DNA of 64,000 nt. Origin: Vulcanimicrobiota bacterium (GTDB lineage Bacteria > Vulcanimicrobiota > Vulcanimicrobiia > Vulcanimicrobiales > Vulcanimicrobiaceae). This document shows positions 30,694-40,164 of the stretch, piece by piece. The stretch's first letter is position 1; every line of letters starts with the position of its first letter. The translations under genes were made by a program, and so were the position numbers. The notes under the pieces were generated by a model that was not told where the DNA came from, made no database searches, and worked only from the letters and a program-made list of their open reading frames with translations. The stretch covers positions 160,001 to 224,000 of the forward strand of contig CAWHWQ010000001.1 of assembly GCA_963833095.1 (NCBI GenBank), in the 5' to 3' direction.

Positions 30694-32804
30694 ATGACGG
30701 CACAATACGCGATTTGGGCCGGGCTTATCGGTGGTGCGCTGGCGGTGCTCTATGGCATCGTGCTCACCTTCTGGGTGCTCGGTCAACCGGACGGCAACGC
30801 CCGCATGAAGGAGATCGCTGCGGCGATCCAAGAGGGCGCCATGGCCTTCCTCAAACGCCAATATGGAACGATCGCGATCGTCGCGGTTATCCTGGCGATT
30901 CTCATCTTCATCGCCCCCGCCGCTAGGCTGGGAGGCGGCGGTCGGCTTCCTGATCGGCGCGATCCTCTCGGGGGCGGCCGGTTTTATCGGCATGATCGTC
31001 TCGGTCCGCGCCAACGTGCGCACCGCCGAGGCGGCGCGACGCGGTCTGGGCCCGGCGCTCAACGTCGCTTTCCGAGGCGGCACCGTGACCGGCATGCTCG
31101 TCGTGGGTCTTGGACTGCTTGGCGGTTTCCGGTTACTTTGCGTTCCTGCAAAACATCAACGCCGGCGACACCACCAAGACGCTCGGCGCGATGGTCGGCC
31201 TGGCCTTCGGATGCTCGTTGATTTCGGTCTTCGCGCGTTTGGGCGGCGGCATCTACACCAAGGCCGCCGACGTCGGCGCCGACCTCGTCGGCAAAGTCGA
31301 GGCCGGTATTCCCGAAGACGATCCGCGCAATCCGGCCGTGATCGCCGACAACGTCGGCGACAACGTCGGCGACTGCGCCGGCATGGCCGCCGACCTGTTC
31401 GAGACGTATTGCGTCACGACGGTCGCCGCAATGCTGCTCGGCAACCTGCTCTTCGGTGACAAACTGCCGGGCGCGACGACCTTCCCGCTCGTGCTCGGCG
31501 CGCTCTCGATCGTTGCTTCGATCATCGGCTCGTTGTTCGTCGGCCTGGGCAAGGTCTCCAAGGCTCGCATCATGGGCTCGCTCTACAGCGGCATGATCAT
31601 TGCGGGCGTGCTCGCGCTGATCGGCTTTTGGTTTGTGACGCAACAAGAGTTCGCGCGGTGCGACGGGCGTCAATCCGCTCAGCATCTTCTTCTGCGCCGT
31701 GGTCGGCGTCGTGATTACCGGCCTGATCACCTTCATCACCGAATACTACACCGGCACGCAATTCGCGCCGGTGCAGAGCATCGCGAAAGCTTCGGTCACC
31801 GGACACGCGACCAACATCATCGCGGGTCTGGCCGTCTCGATGCAAGGTACGGCGCTTCCGGCCATCGTGATCGTGCTCGGCATCCTCGTGAGCTATGGTC
31901 TTGCCGGTATTTACGGCGTCGGCATCGCGGTCATGGCGATGCTTTCAATGGCCGGCATCATCGTCGCGATCGACTCGTTCGGCCCGATCACCGATAACGC
32001 GGGCGGCATCGCCGAGATGGCCGAGATGCCCGAAGACGTGCGCAACGTTACCGATCCGCTCGACGCGGTCGGCAATACGACCAAAGCCGTGACCAAGGGC
32101 TATGCGATCGGTTCGGCGGCGCTTGCGGCGGTCGTGCTCTTCGCGTCGTTCGTGCAAGAGCTGATCAAGGCCAAGTGCGCAGCCGGCGGCGGCGCGGCCT
32201 GTGCGGAAGGCGTCACCAATCTTTTTGCGATCGGCAATCCTTACGTACTCTCGGGTCTGTTCATCGGCGGTTTGCTGCCGTATCTGTTCGCCTCGCTTTC
32301 GATGGAAGCGGTCGGGCGCGCGGCCGGAGCGGTCGTCGAAGAAGTCCGCCGCCAGTTCCGCGAGATTCCCGGCATCATGGAGGGAACCGCCAAGCCGGAT
32401 TACGGAACGACGGTCGAATCGTGACGGCGGCGGCGCTCAAAGAGATGATCGTTCCGGCACTCATTCCGGTCGGCGTGCCGATCATCGTCGTGCTGCTCTC
32501 GGTCTTCAATATCCTCAACGGCGATACCGCCGCGCAAATCATGGGCGGCATTCTGGTCGGCTCGATCGTCACGGGGCTCTTCCTCGCGATCTCGATGACG
32601 ACCGGCGGCGGCGCGTGGGACAACGCCAAGAAATACATCGAAGACGGCCATCTCGGCGGCAAAGGCTCGATCGCGCATCAAGCCGCCGTCACCGGTGATA
32701 CCGTCGGCGATCCCTACAAAGATACGGCGGGCCCCGCGATCAACCCGATGATCAAGGTGCTCAACATCGTCGCACTCTTATTGGTCGGCTTCCTCGTACA
32801 CTAA
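30694..32804 (+). CDS. hppA: Membrane H+-translocating pyrophosphatase, probably K+-independent (frameshifted)
   Basis: [56 protein letters not shown]. Confidence 0.95.
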
Positions 32805-32873
32805 GAGGATCAACGCTTTGCGTTGATCCGTGGCGTTCGGTGCGCTTACGCGCACCGATCCGCAACCTGATAT

Positions 32874-32906
32874 GCGAGTGCCCCTGGTGGGTGCTCGCTT
32901 TTTTTT
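32874..32906 (+). terminator. Intrinsic terminator after hppA
   Basis: GCGAGTGCCC-CTGGT-GGGTGCTCGC followed by a T tract. Confidence 0.7.
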
Positions 32907-33093
32907 ACCACAAACTGCCGTCGGCGACGAGACAGTAGAGAATCGGACCCAGGCCCCAGATGATGCTGACGATGAACCAGATGACCTTCGTGCCGCCCGA
33001 CATATCGGTGCGCGCGGCCAGATTGATCCACATGAGAATCATGGCGATCGGATGCAAGATGATCGAGAGCAGAATTTCGAGGAGAAGCTTCAT
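32905..33093 (-). CDS. Small membrane protein (PLDc N-terminal-like)
   Basis: 62 aa; KVIWFIVSIIWGLGPILY. Confidence 0.7.
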   Translation of the reverse strand: MKLLLEILLSIILHPIAMILMWINLAARTDMSGGTKVIWFIVSIIWGLGPILYCLVADGSLW

Positions 33094-33133
33094 CTCCTTA
33101 CCTTATTCCGCAACGGACATTTCGGCAACCACT

Positions 33134-33694
33134 TCACGGCTCGGTTAGCCAGTTTGCCGCCTTGAACCAAAGCTCCATCGCTGCATTGACGCGCGACCGT
33201 TCTTCCGTGGCGCAGTAATCCATCATCGCGCCACGATACACCGCGAGCGAGAGCGTCGCAAAGGCTTCGGCTCGATCGTTCGGAACCCCGCGACGCTCGA
33301 GCGCCTCTTTGAGCAGGCCCAGCCAGTCGTTGATGCCGTGCAGAAAGTCACCGTAGTGCTCGTCGCGAAGCGCCAGGCCATAGGCTTCGAAGAACAGGCG
33401 CGATTCGCTCGCGGTCTCCACATAGAAGTCCCACATCATTCGACGGAACGCGTCAGGCGGCAGCGAGAGATCGAGGCTTGCAAATTTGCTGCGCAGCCGA
33501 ATACGATTGCGCGCGATCAGCGCCGCGATCAAATCTTCTTTGGTCGGGAAAAAGTCTTCTAGCGCGTCGCCGGGCAGACCGAGAGCAGCGGCCGCCCCGT
33601 CGAGTGTGAGCGCGCAAAGACCGACCTTATCGACATGCGGGCGCAGACGTTCTAAGAGGTCGTCACGTTCGCGCAGCTCCGCGGTCGGATCCAT
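33134..33694 (-). CDS. TetR-family-like regulator
   Basis: LTLDGAAAALGLP..FFPTKEDLIAAL HTH-like N-terminus; all-helical. Confidence 0.75.
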   Translation of the reverse strand: MDPTAELRERDDLLERLRPHVDKVGLCALTLDGAAAALGLPGDALEDFFPTKEDLIAALIARNRIRLRSKFASLDLSLPPDAFRRMMWDFYVETASESRLFFEAYGLALRDEHYGDFLHGINDWLGLLKEALERRGVPNDRAEAFATLSLAVYRGAMMDYCATEERSRVNAAMELWFKAANWLTEP

Positions 33695-34185
33695 CAGCCG
33701 CTCGCAGGCGTCGCATGGTCCAACGCCTCGTATTTCCGGTAGACCGCGAGATACGTTGCGCCGATGATCCCAACGGCAAAGAACAAGAGACCGTCTCCGA
33801 CCACGTTTCCAATCGCACTGGTCGGCGGCAGCAGCATGCGAATCACCGCGCGACCGACGAATGCGCCCACGTAAATCAACGCCGTCGCCCAGTTCGGGCC
33901 GAGCTGCATCACGCCGTGCCGATCGGTGGCAGTGACTTGGGTGTGATGACCGCGCAGGATTCCAAGCGGAATACCGGCAGCCAGACCAAGTATTACCGAC
34001 GCGGCAATTTGCCACACCGGCGGATGAAAGAAGATGACACTTTCGTACATAAACGTGCCCGCGAGCACGATCAGCATGCCCGCGAAAATCCACATGCGCG
34101 TGACGCTGATGCGCTGCGGCTGTGACGAACGGTAGAGTATTAGCGCCATTAATACGAAATAAATCAGGATGTTCTCGCGGCTCAT
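33694..34185 (-). CDS. Membrane protein, CcdC/DUF1453-like
   Basis: About five hydrophobic segments; GIPLGILRG. Confidence 0.65.
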   Translation of the reverse strand: MSRENILIYFVLMALILYRSSQPQRISVTRMWIFAGMLIVLAGTFMYESVIFFHPPVWQIAASVILGLAAGIPLGILRGHHTQVTATDRHGVMQLGPNWATALIYVGAFVGRAVIRMLLPPTSAIGNVVGDGLLFFAVGIIGATYLAVYRKYEALDHATPASG

Positions 34186-34226
34186 GTCGCCCGTCGTTGG
34201 GCGCGCTTTCGGTTCAACGCCTTTAT

Positions 34227-34258
34227 AAAAAAACGAGGCCGCAATCTGCGGCCTCGTT
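34227..34258 (-). terminator. Intrinsic terminator after rplL
   Basis: ACGAGGCCGCA-stem hairpin followed by a T tract on the minus strand. Confidence 0.8.
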
Positions 34259-34280
34259 CTTGCTTTTCCGGTCGAGGAAA

Positions 34281-34652
34281 CTACTTGATCTCGACCTTCG
34301 CGCCGGCTTCCTCGAGCTTCTTCTTGACGCTCTCGGCTTCGTCTTTGGTGACGCCTTCTTTGACGGCCTTGGGGGCGCTCTCCACGAACGACTTGGCCTC
34401 GGTGAGACCCAGGCTCGTAAGCTCGCGCACGGCCTTGATGACCTTGATCTTCTCCGGTCCCGCTTCGGACAGGATCACGTCGAATTCGGTCTTTTCGGCG
34501 GCGGGTGCGGCGGCCGCGGCAGCCGGACCGGCAACCATTGCGACCGGGGCTGCGGCGCTAACGCCGTATTTCTCTTCGAGCTGCTTGACCAGGTCGGCGA
34601 GCTCGAGCACGGTGAGTTTGTCGATTTGATCGATGACTTCGGCAACTGCCAT
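34281..34652 (-). CDS. rplL: 50S ribosomal protein L7/L12
   Basis: [36 protein letters not shown]. Confidence 0.99.
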   Translation of the reverse strand: MAVAEVIDQIDKLTVLELADLVKQLEEKYGVSAAAPVAMVAGPAAAAAAPAAEKTEFDVILSEAGPEKIKVIKAVRELTSLGLTEAKSFVESAPKAVKEGVTKDEAESVKKKLEEAGAKVEIK

Positions 34653-34667
34653 GATAGATGAATCTCC

Positions 34668-35201
34668 TTAAGCGTTCGAACCCGCGGCTTCTTTTTGCTC
34701 GCGGATGGCATTGAGTACGCGGACGAGACCGCTCTGGTTGCCCGATAGTACGGTAACGAGACCGCGCATCGGGCTTGCGAGCGTTCCGACGAGTCTAGCG
34801 ATGAGCTCGATCTTGGGCGGCAGCGAAGCGAGGACTAAGACTTGCTTGGCATCGACGAGCACGCCGTCGATGTAGGCAGCTTTGATTCCGAGCTTCTTGC
34901 TGTCGTCTGCGAACTGTTTGATTGCTTTTGCCGGCGCGACCGGATCGGTGCCTGCAAAAACGATGCCGGTCGGACCGGCCAGATACGCATCTAACTGCTT
35001 GGCGATCTCTTCGCCGGCAGCGATCTTGAAGAGCGTGTTCTTGACGACGGCATAGGTGCTGCCGTCTTTGCGCAGCTCGCCGCGAAGCTTCGTGATCTCT
35101 TCAACGGTCAGGCCTTGGAAGTCAGTCAAGAACAGGTTCTGCGAATCGGCGAGCCGATCGCGCAACTCTTGAACCGCGGTTTCTTTACTTGCGGTTGGCA
35201 T
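34668..35201 (-). CDS. rplJ: 50S ribosomal protein L10
   Basis: MPTASKE..DFQGLTVEEITKLR..VVKNTL..GPT. Confidence 0.97.
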   Translation of the reverse strand: MPTASKETAVQELRDRLADSQNLFLTDFQGLTVEEITKLRGELRKDGSTYAVVKNTLFKIAAGEEIAKQLDAYLAGPTGIVFAGTDPVAPAKAIKQFADDSKKLGIKAAYIDGVLVDAKQVLVLASLPPKIELIARLVGTLASPMRGLVTVLSGNQSGLVRVLNAIREQKEAAGSNA

Positions 35202-35287
35202 TGACGTTGTTGCTGCTTTCTTGGATTTAAAAAAGCGCTCCATCCGTCCGGAGGGCGCTTCACCAAGAACAATGCACGTGGCGACAC

Positions 35288-35313
35288 TTGTCACCTTGAG
35301 CCTGTCGAAGGGT
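35288..35313 (+). repeat. Short family C (REP-like) copy in the rplJ leader
   Basis: TTGTCACCTTGAGCCTGTCGAAGGGT. Confidence 0.7.
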
Positions 35314-35322
35314 CGAACGCAT

Positions 35323-35430
35323 CCTCTGTTGGGCGGGTTTGGCTTCGCCAAACCCGGACGGCGCTTCGCGCTCGTCCAGGGTTGCCGCGCCATTCCCGTT
35401 TGAGTATCAATACCCCAACGGTCTTCGGAG
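35323..35430 (-). promoter_or_regulatory. L10 leader-like autoregulatory RNA
   Basis: Minus strand CCGAAGACCGTTGGGG...CCCAACAGAGG. A terminator-like hairpin with T tract follows (about 35228-35259), and an extended -10 TGGTAGTCT lies upstream at 35440-35448. Confidence 0.7.
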
Positions 35431-35510
35431 CCAAGAGGTAGACTACCACGGCGGCCCCTCCCCGCGCAACCGGAGGAGCCGCCCCGTCGCCCGAGCGAAC
35501 CGACGCGCCC

Positions 35511-36131
35511 ATGCCCTTTACTTTGCCGTCCACCCCAGATGAGGCGCTCGCCCGTCTGCTCGAAGGCAACCGCCGCTTCTTCGAGGAGCGCCCGCAGACT
35601 GCGGTCCCTTCGGCCGAGCGCGTCGAGCTGGCTAGCGCTCAACGTCCCTTTGCCGTCGTCTTGGGATGCTCGGACTCGCGCGTTCCGGTCGAAACGATCT
35701 TCGACCAGCGCCCCGGCGACTTGTTCGTCATTCGTTTGGCCGGGAACATCGTTACCACCGAAGGCCTGGCGTCGATGGAGTACGCGCGTGAGGTGCTGGG
35801 CAGCTCGCTAGTCCTCGTGCTCGGGCACACCAGCTGCGGGGCGGTACAGGCCGCGATGTCTCTGGTCGAGTCGGGCACGGTGTTTCCGGGACACATCGCG
35901 CTGTTGGCCGAGGCGATCGCGCCGATCGCTCGCGACACGCGCACGGCGCAGTCCGACTGGTGGACCGCGGCGATCGAATGCAACGCGCGTGCCGGAAAGC
36001 GCGCGATCTTACGCCGATCGCAAATATTACGAACGGCGACGGCGCACGGAAGTCTGCGCGTCGCCGCCGCGGTCTACGATCTACACACCGGAATGGTTAC
36101 GCTGCTGGACCAGACTTCCGATCCTCCATAA
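35511..36131 (+). CDS. Beta-class carbonic anhydrase
   Basis: GCSDSRV, GDLFVIRLAGN, LGHTSCGAV. Confidence 0.95.
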   Translation: MPFTLPSTPDEALARLLEGNRRFFEERPQTAVPSAERVELASAQRPFAVVLGCSDSRVPVETIFDQRPGDLFVIRLAGNIVTTEGLASMEYAREVLGSSLVLVLGHTSCGAVQAAMSLVESGTVFPGHIALLAEAIAPIARDTRTAQSDWWTAAIECNARAGKRAILRRSQILRTATAHGSLRVAAAVYDLHTGMVTLLDQTSDPP

Positions 36132-37380
36132 CACGCAGCGGACGCAGCACACCAATCGAGAGCAACGCCGCCACGATGTTGAAGACCCCCGCGACCGAGA
36201 TCGCGAGCGTCCAACTTCCAGTTGCCGCCGTGAGCACGCTCGCAAGCGGTACAAGTAGCGAACCAGTACCCTTTGCGGTGTAGAGCATGCCGTAATTCGT
36301 CGTGGCATACTTCTGTCCGAATTGATCGCGCGTCGTCGCCGGGAAGATGCTGAAGATTTCGCCCCAGGCGAAGAACACGACGGCGGAGAGCAGCACGAAC
36401 GCCACCGGCGAATGGCCGAACTGCATCAGCGCGAAGATGCCGATGCCTTCGAGCAGAAACGCGATGAACAGCGTGAGCTCGCGCCCAATGTTGTCGGAAA
36501 TCCATCCGAGCAGAGGCCGCGTGAAACCGTTGACGAGACCGTTGAGCGAGAGCGCAAAGGTGAGCGCCGGAAGCGTCCACAGGAAGATCGTGACCGGCGA
36601 CTTCGCAATACCAAAGTCGCTCGCTATCGGCCCCAGCTGCGCGACGGCCATCAAGCCGCCCGAAGCGACCAGCGTGAACATTACGTACATCACCCAGAAG
36701 ATCGGCGAGCGCAACGTCTCACCGGGCGTGTAGTCGCGCTTGCCCTGCAGCACCTTGATGGGTCGCGCTTCCTTGACCGTCGTGGCCGGCGGCGTGAGCA
36801 AGAACATCGCCGCGATGATTACAATGGCGCCTTGGATCAGTCCGAAAACGAGGAACGTTTGCTCCCATCCGCTCGATTTAATCAGCAGCGTCAGTGGAAC
36901 GATCGTGATCGCCGTCCCGGCTCCGAATCCCATCGCGGTCAACCCCGCCGCAAGACCGCGATTACCGGCAAACCACTTGAGCGCGTTGCCGATGCACGCG
37001 CCGTAGACGATGCCCGCGCCGATACCGGCGAAGACAGCGCCGAGATACAACACCTCGAGCGACGACGCAAAGGAGTTGGTTACCCATCCCAGCGCGGCAA
37101 AGATGCCGCCGACGACGACCATTCGGCGCGGGCCGAACCGGTCGACAAGCGCCGCCTCGAACGGAACCAGCCAGGTTTCGACGAGCACGAAGATCGTGAA
37201 TGAGACCTGAATTGCGGCCTTCGACCAACCCATCGAAGTATGGATCGGATTGACGAAGATAGTCCAGCCGTACTGGAGGTTTGCGATCATCGCCATGCAG
37301 ACGATGCCGGCTACGAGCTGAACCCAGGGGTTACGCAATACGCTTTGTCGCGGCTGCGCCGCGGCGGTTTGAGCGGCCAT
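36097..37380 (-). CDS. oxlT: Oxalate:formate antiporter (OFA-family MFS)
   Basis: IANLQYGWT, GNALKWF..RGLAAG, WGEIFSIFP, YGMLYTAKG. Confidence 0.9.
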   Translation of the reverse strand: MAAQTAAAQPRQSVLRNPWVQLVAGIVCMAMIANLQYGWTIFVNPIHTSMGWSKAAIQVSFTIFVLVETWLVPFEAALVDRFGPRRMVVVGGIFAALGWVTNSFASSLEVLYLGAVFAGIGAGIVYGACIGNALKWFAGNRGLAAGLTAMGFGAGTAITIVPLTLLIKSSGWEQTFLVFGLIQGAIVIIAAMFLLTPPATTVKEARPIKVLQGKRDYTPGETLRSPIFWVMYVMFTLVASGGLMAVAQLGPIASDFGIAKSPVTIFLWTLPALTFALSLNGLVNGFTRPLLGWISDNIGRELTLFIAFLLEGIGIFALMQFGHSPVAFVLLSAVVFFAWGEIFSIFPATTRDQFGQKYATTNYGMLYTAKGTGSLLVPLASVLTAATGSWTLAISVAGVFNIVAALLSIGVLRPLRVMEDRKSGPAA

Positions 37381-37431
37381 TCATGCACCCTTTCTCACGT
37401 AATGAGCCGAGAAGCAACAGTTCGGAGTAAT

Positions 37432-38910
37432 TTAGCGACGAAGACTGATCCAGATCGTCTTCTTATCGGTGTAGTTATCCAGAGCGGTCTCTCCAAGGTC
37501 GCGACCCATCCCGGAGTCGCCTCCTAAACCGCCCCACGGCAGGCGCGTGTCGCTCTGCCCATAGGTGTTAACCCACACGGTGCCGGCGCGAAGACGCTGC
37601 GCCATTATGTGCGCGCGCACGACGTCTTTCGTCCAGACCCCGGCAGCGAGGCTGAAGTCCGAATCATTCGCGATTCGGACTGCGTCATCTTCATCCTTGA
37701 ACCGAATCACAGCGGCCACGGGGCCGAAGATCTCTTCCCGCGCGATCTTCATCGAATTGTCGACCTCGGTAAAGACCGTGGGTTCGAGGAAGTAACCCTT
37801 CGTTCCGACACGATCGCCGCCCGAAAGCAGGGTCGCGCCTTCGCTCTTGCCGGCTTCGATGTAACCCATGATCGAGTTCATCTGCTTCTGCGAGATGACC
37901 GGCCCAATATAGGTCTTTTCGTCTTGCGGGTCGCCGATTTTCAACGACTTCGAACGTGCGACCATTCGTTCGCAGAACTCGTCGTATACGCTCTCTTGCA
38001 CAAGTATTCGCGAGCCGGCCGAACATACTTGACCGCTGTTGAAGAAAATGCCCGCCGAAGACCCTTTGACCGCCGCATCGATGTCGGCATCCTCGAAGAT
38101 GAGGTTCGGCGATTTGCCGCCTAGCTCGAGGGTCAAACGCGTCACGAACGGTGCAGCATTCTCCATGATCAATTTGCCGACACCGGGCGAGCCGGTAAAC
38201 GAAATCTTGTCGACGTCGGGATTCCTCACGATCGACATGCCCGCAGTTGATCCCGGACCAGGTACGATGTTGAGGACACCCGGCGGGACGCCGGCCTCGA
38301 GCGCAAGCTCGCCGAGCAAAAGCGCGGTGAGCGGCGTCTCGGTCGCTGGTTTCATCACGATCGTGCATCCGCAAGCCAACGCCGGCGCGATCTTCCACAT
38401 CGAGTTCATCAGCGGGAAATTCCATGGCACGATCGCGCCCACGACGCCGACCGGCACCCGCGCGATGTACGTGTGTGCGTCGGGACGTACGGGGACGACG
38501 TCGCCGGTGATCTTGTCGGGCCAGCCGGCGTAATATTCAAGGCAGTCCAGCATCGCCGGATAATCCTGACGGCGCACCGAGCTGATCGGCTTTCCACCGT
38601 CGAGCGACTCGAGCATGACGATCTCGTCCTGGCGCTGGCGAATCATTTCCGCGAAGCGCATCATGATGCGGGCGCGTTCGGAAGCACGCATCGTGCCCCA
38701 GGGCCCCGATTCGAGCGCCGCGCGCGCCGCCTTTACGGCCAGCGCGGTATCTTCGGGACCGGCCGATGCGACATTCGCAATGACCTCTTCGGTTGCGGGA
38801 TTGCGTGTTTCAAACGTCTCGCCCGAGCGCGCATCGACCCATTTGCCGTCGATCAACAACTTGGTCTGCGGAATGCGGACAGGTGGACGCGGTGTTGCGG
38901 CAATTGCCAT
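37432..38910 (-). CDS. NAD-dependent aldehyde dehydrogenase
   Basis: PWNFP, FTGS, LELGGKSP, FNSGQVCSAG, EEIFGPV. Confidence 0.96.
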   Translation of the reverse strand: MAIAATPRPPVRIPQTKLLIDGKWVDARSGETFETRNPATEEVIANVASAGPEDTALAVKAARAALESGPWGTMRASERARIMMRFAEMIRQRQDEIVMLESLDGGKPISSVRRQDYPAMLDCLEYYAGWPDKITGDVVPVRPDAHTYIARVPVGVVGAIVPWNFPLMNSMWKIAPALACGCTIVMKPATETPLTALLLGELALEAGVPPGVLNIVPGPGSTAGMSIVRNPDVDKISFTGSPGVGKLIMENAAPFVTRLTLELGGKSPNLIFEDADIDAAVKGSSAGIFFNSGQVCSAGSRILVQESVYDEFCERMVARSKSLKIGDPQDEKTYIGPVISQKQMNSIMGYIEAGKSEGATLLSGGDRVGTKGYFLEPTVFTEVDNSMKIAREEIFGPVAAVIRFKDEDDAVRIANDSDFSLAAGVWTKDVVRAHIMAQRLRAGTVWVNTYGQSDTRLPWGGLGGDSGMGRDLGETALDNYTDKKTIWISLRR

Positions 38911-38912
38911 GA

Positions 38913-40164
38913 TCAGATAACCCCTTCCGCGCGCAGGTTCTCGACCTGCGCGGCATCGTAGCCCATGAGTTCGTGTAAGAGCTCTGCATTGTGCTCGCCG
39001 AGAAGCGGCGCGCGTTTATAGTCCACCGGAGAGTCCGAGAGCACTAGCGGACAGCCGACAGTGTAGTAGGTTCCGCGCTGCGGATGCTCGACCGCGGCGA
39101 CCATGCCGCGGGCGCGCAGCGATTCGTCTTCGAGCAACTCTTTCATCGCGAGAACCGGCCCGCAAGGGATGTCGAGCGCGTTGCAGCGCTCGAGCACTTC
39201 GTACTTCGTATATTTCTGCGTCCACTGTTCGACGATGCCGAACACTTCGGCCAAGATCGGAACACGCGCTTCGGGGGTTGCGTACTTCGGATCGGTGATG
39301 AGATCAGGTCTTCCCATCGCGTTGCAAAGCGGCTCCCAGATTTGCGGCTGAATGATCAGGTACACATAGTCGTTGGGGCCGCCCGGAGCGCAACGCAACG
39401 CCGAGCCCGGATGTCCGCCGCCCGAAGCGTTGCCCGAGCGCGGCACGACGCCGTTGAAATTGGAATTGGGATATTCGCGCAACGGCCCGCGTTCCAAACG
39501 CTGCTGATCGCGCATCTTCACGCGGCACAGGTTGAGCACCGAGTCCTGCATGGTACACATGACGCGCTGGCCTTCGCCGGTGTGCACGTCGCGTTGATAC
39601 AGCGCCGCGAGAATCGCCGCGACGGAATGGATGCCCGTGCCCGAGTCGCCGATCTGCGCGCCCGTCACCAGCGGTGGTCCGTCCTCCCAGCCGGTCGTGC
39701 TCATCGATCCGCCCATCGCTTGCGCCACCGGTTCGTAGGCTTTCGCGTCGGCGTACTGACCCGGCCCGAAACCCTTGATCGATGCGTAGATCATCCGCGG
39801 ATTGAGTTCGTGGATCTTCTCCCACGGAAAACCTTGCCGATCGAGGACGCCCGGGCCGAAGTTCTCCACCAGCACGTCGCACTCGTGGATGAGCTTGGTG
39901 AAGATCTCTTTGCCCTGCGCCGTTTTGGTATTGAGGGTCAACGAGCGTTTGTTGCCGTTGAGCATCGCGAAATACAAACTGTCGACGTCGGGCATGTCGC
40001 GCAGTTGCTGGCGGGTGATGTCGCCGCGACCGGGTAGCTCGACTTTGATCACGTCGGCGCCGAGCCACGCGAGGATTTGCGTGCATGACGGGCCCGACTG
40101 GACATGGGTCATGTCCAGTATGCGAACGCCGTCGAGCGCCTTTTTTGTCGTTTTGTGCGATCAT
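38913..40164 (-). CDS. frc: Formyl-CoA transferase (CoA-transferase family III); probable 1-nt indel near the 5' end
   Basis: [57 protein letters not shown]. Confidence 0.92.

Noticed and set aside
40112..40164. Possible stop readthrough fusing the ThDP enzyme and Frc (TGA in frame)
   Set aside because: An overlapping ATGA start plus a 1-nt homopolymer error explains it more simply.
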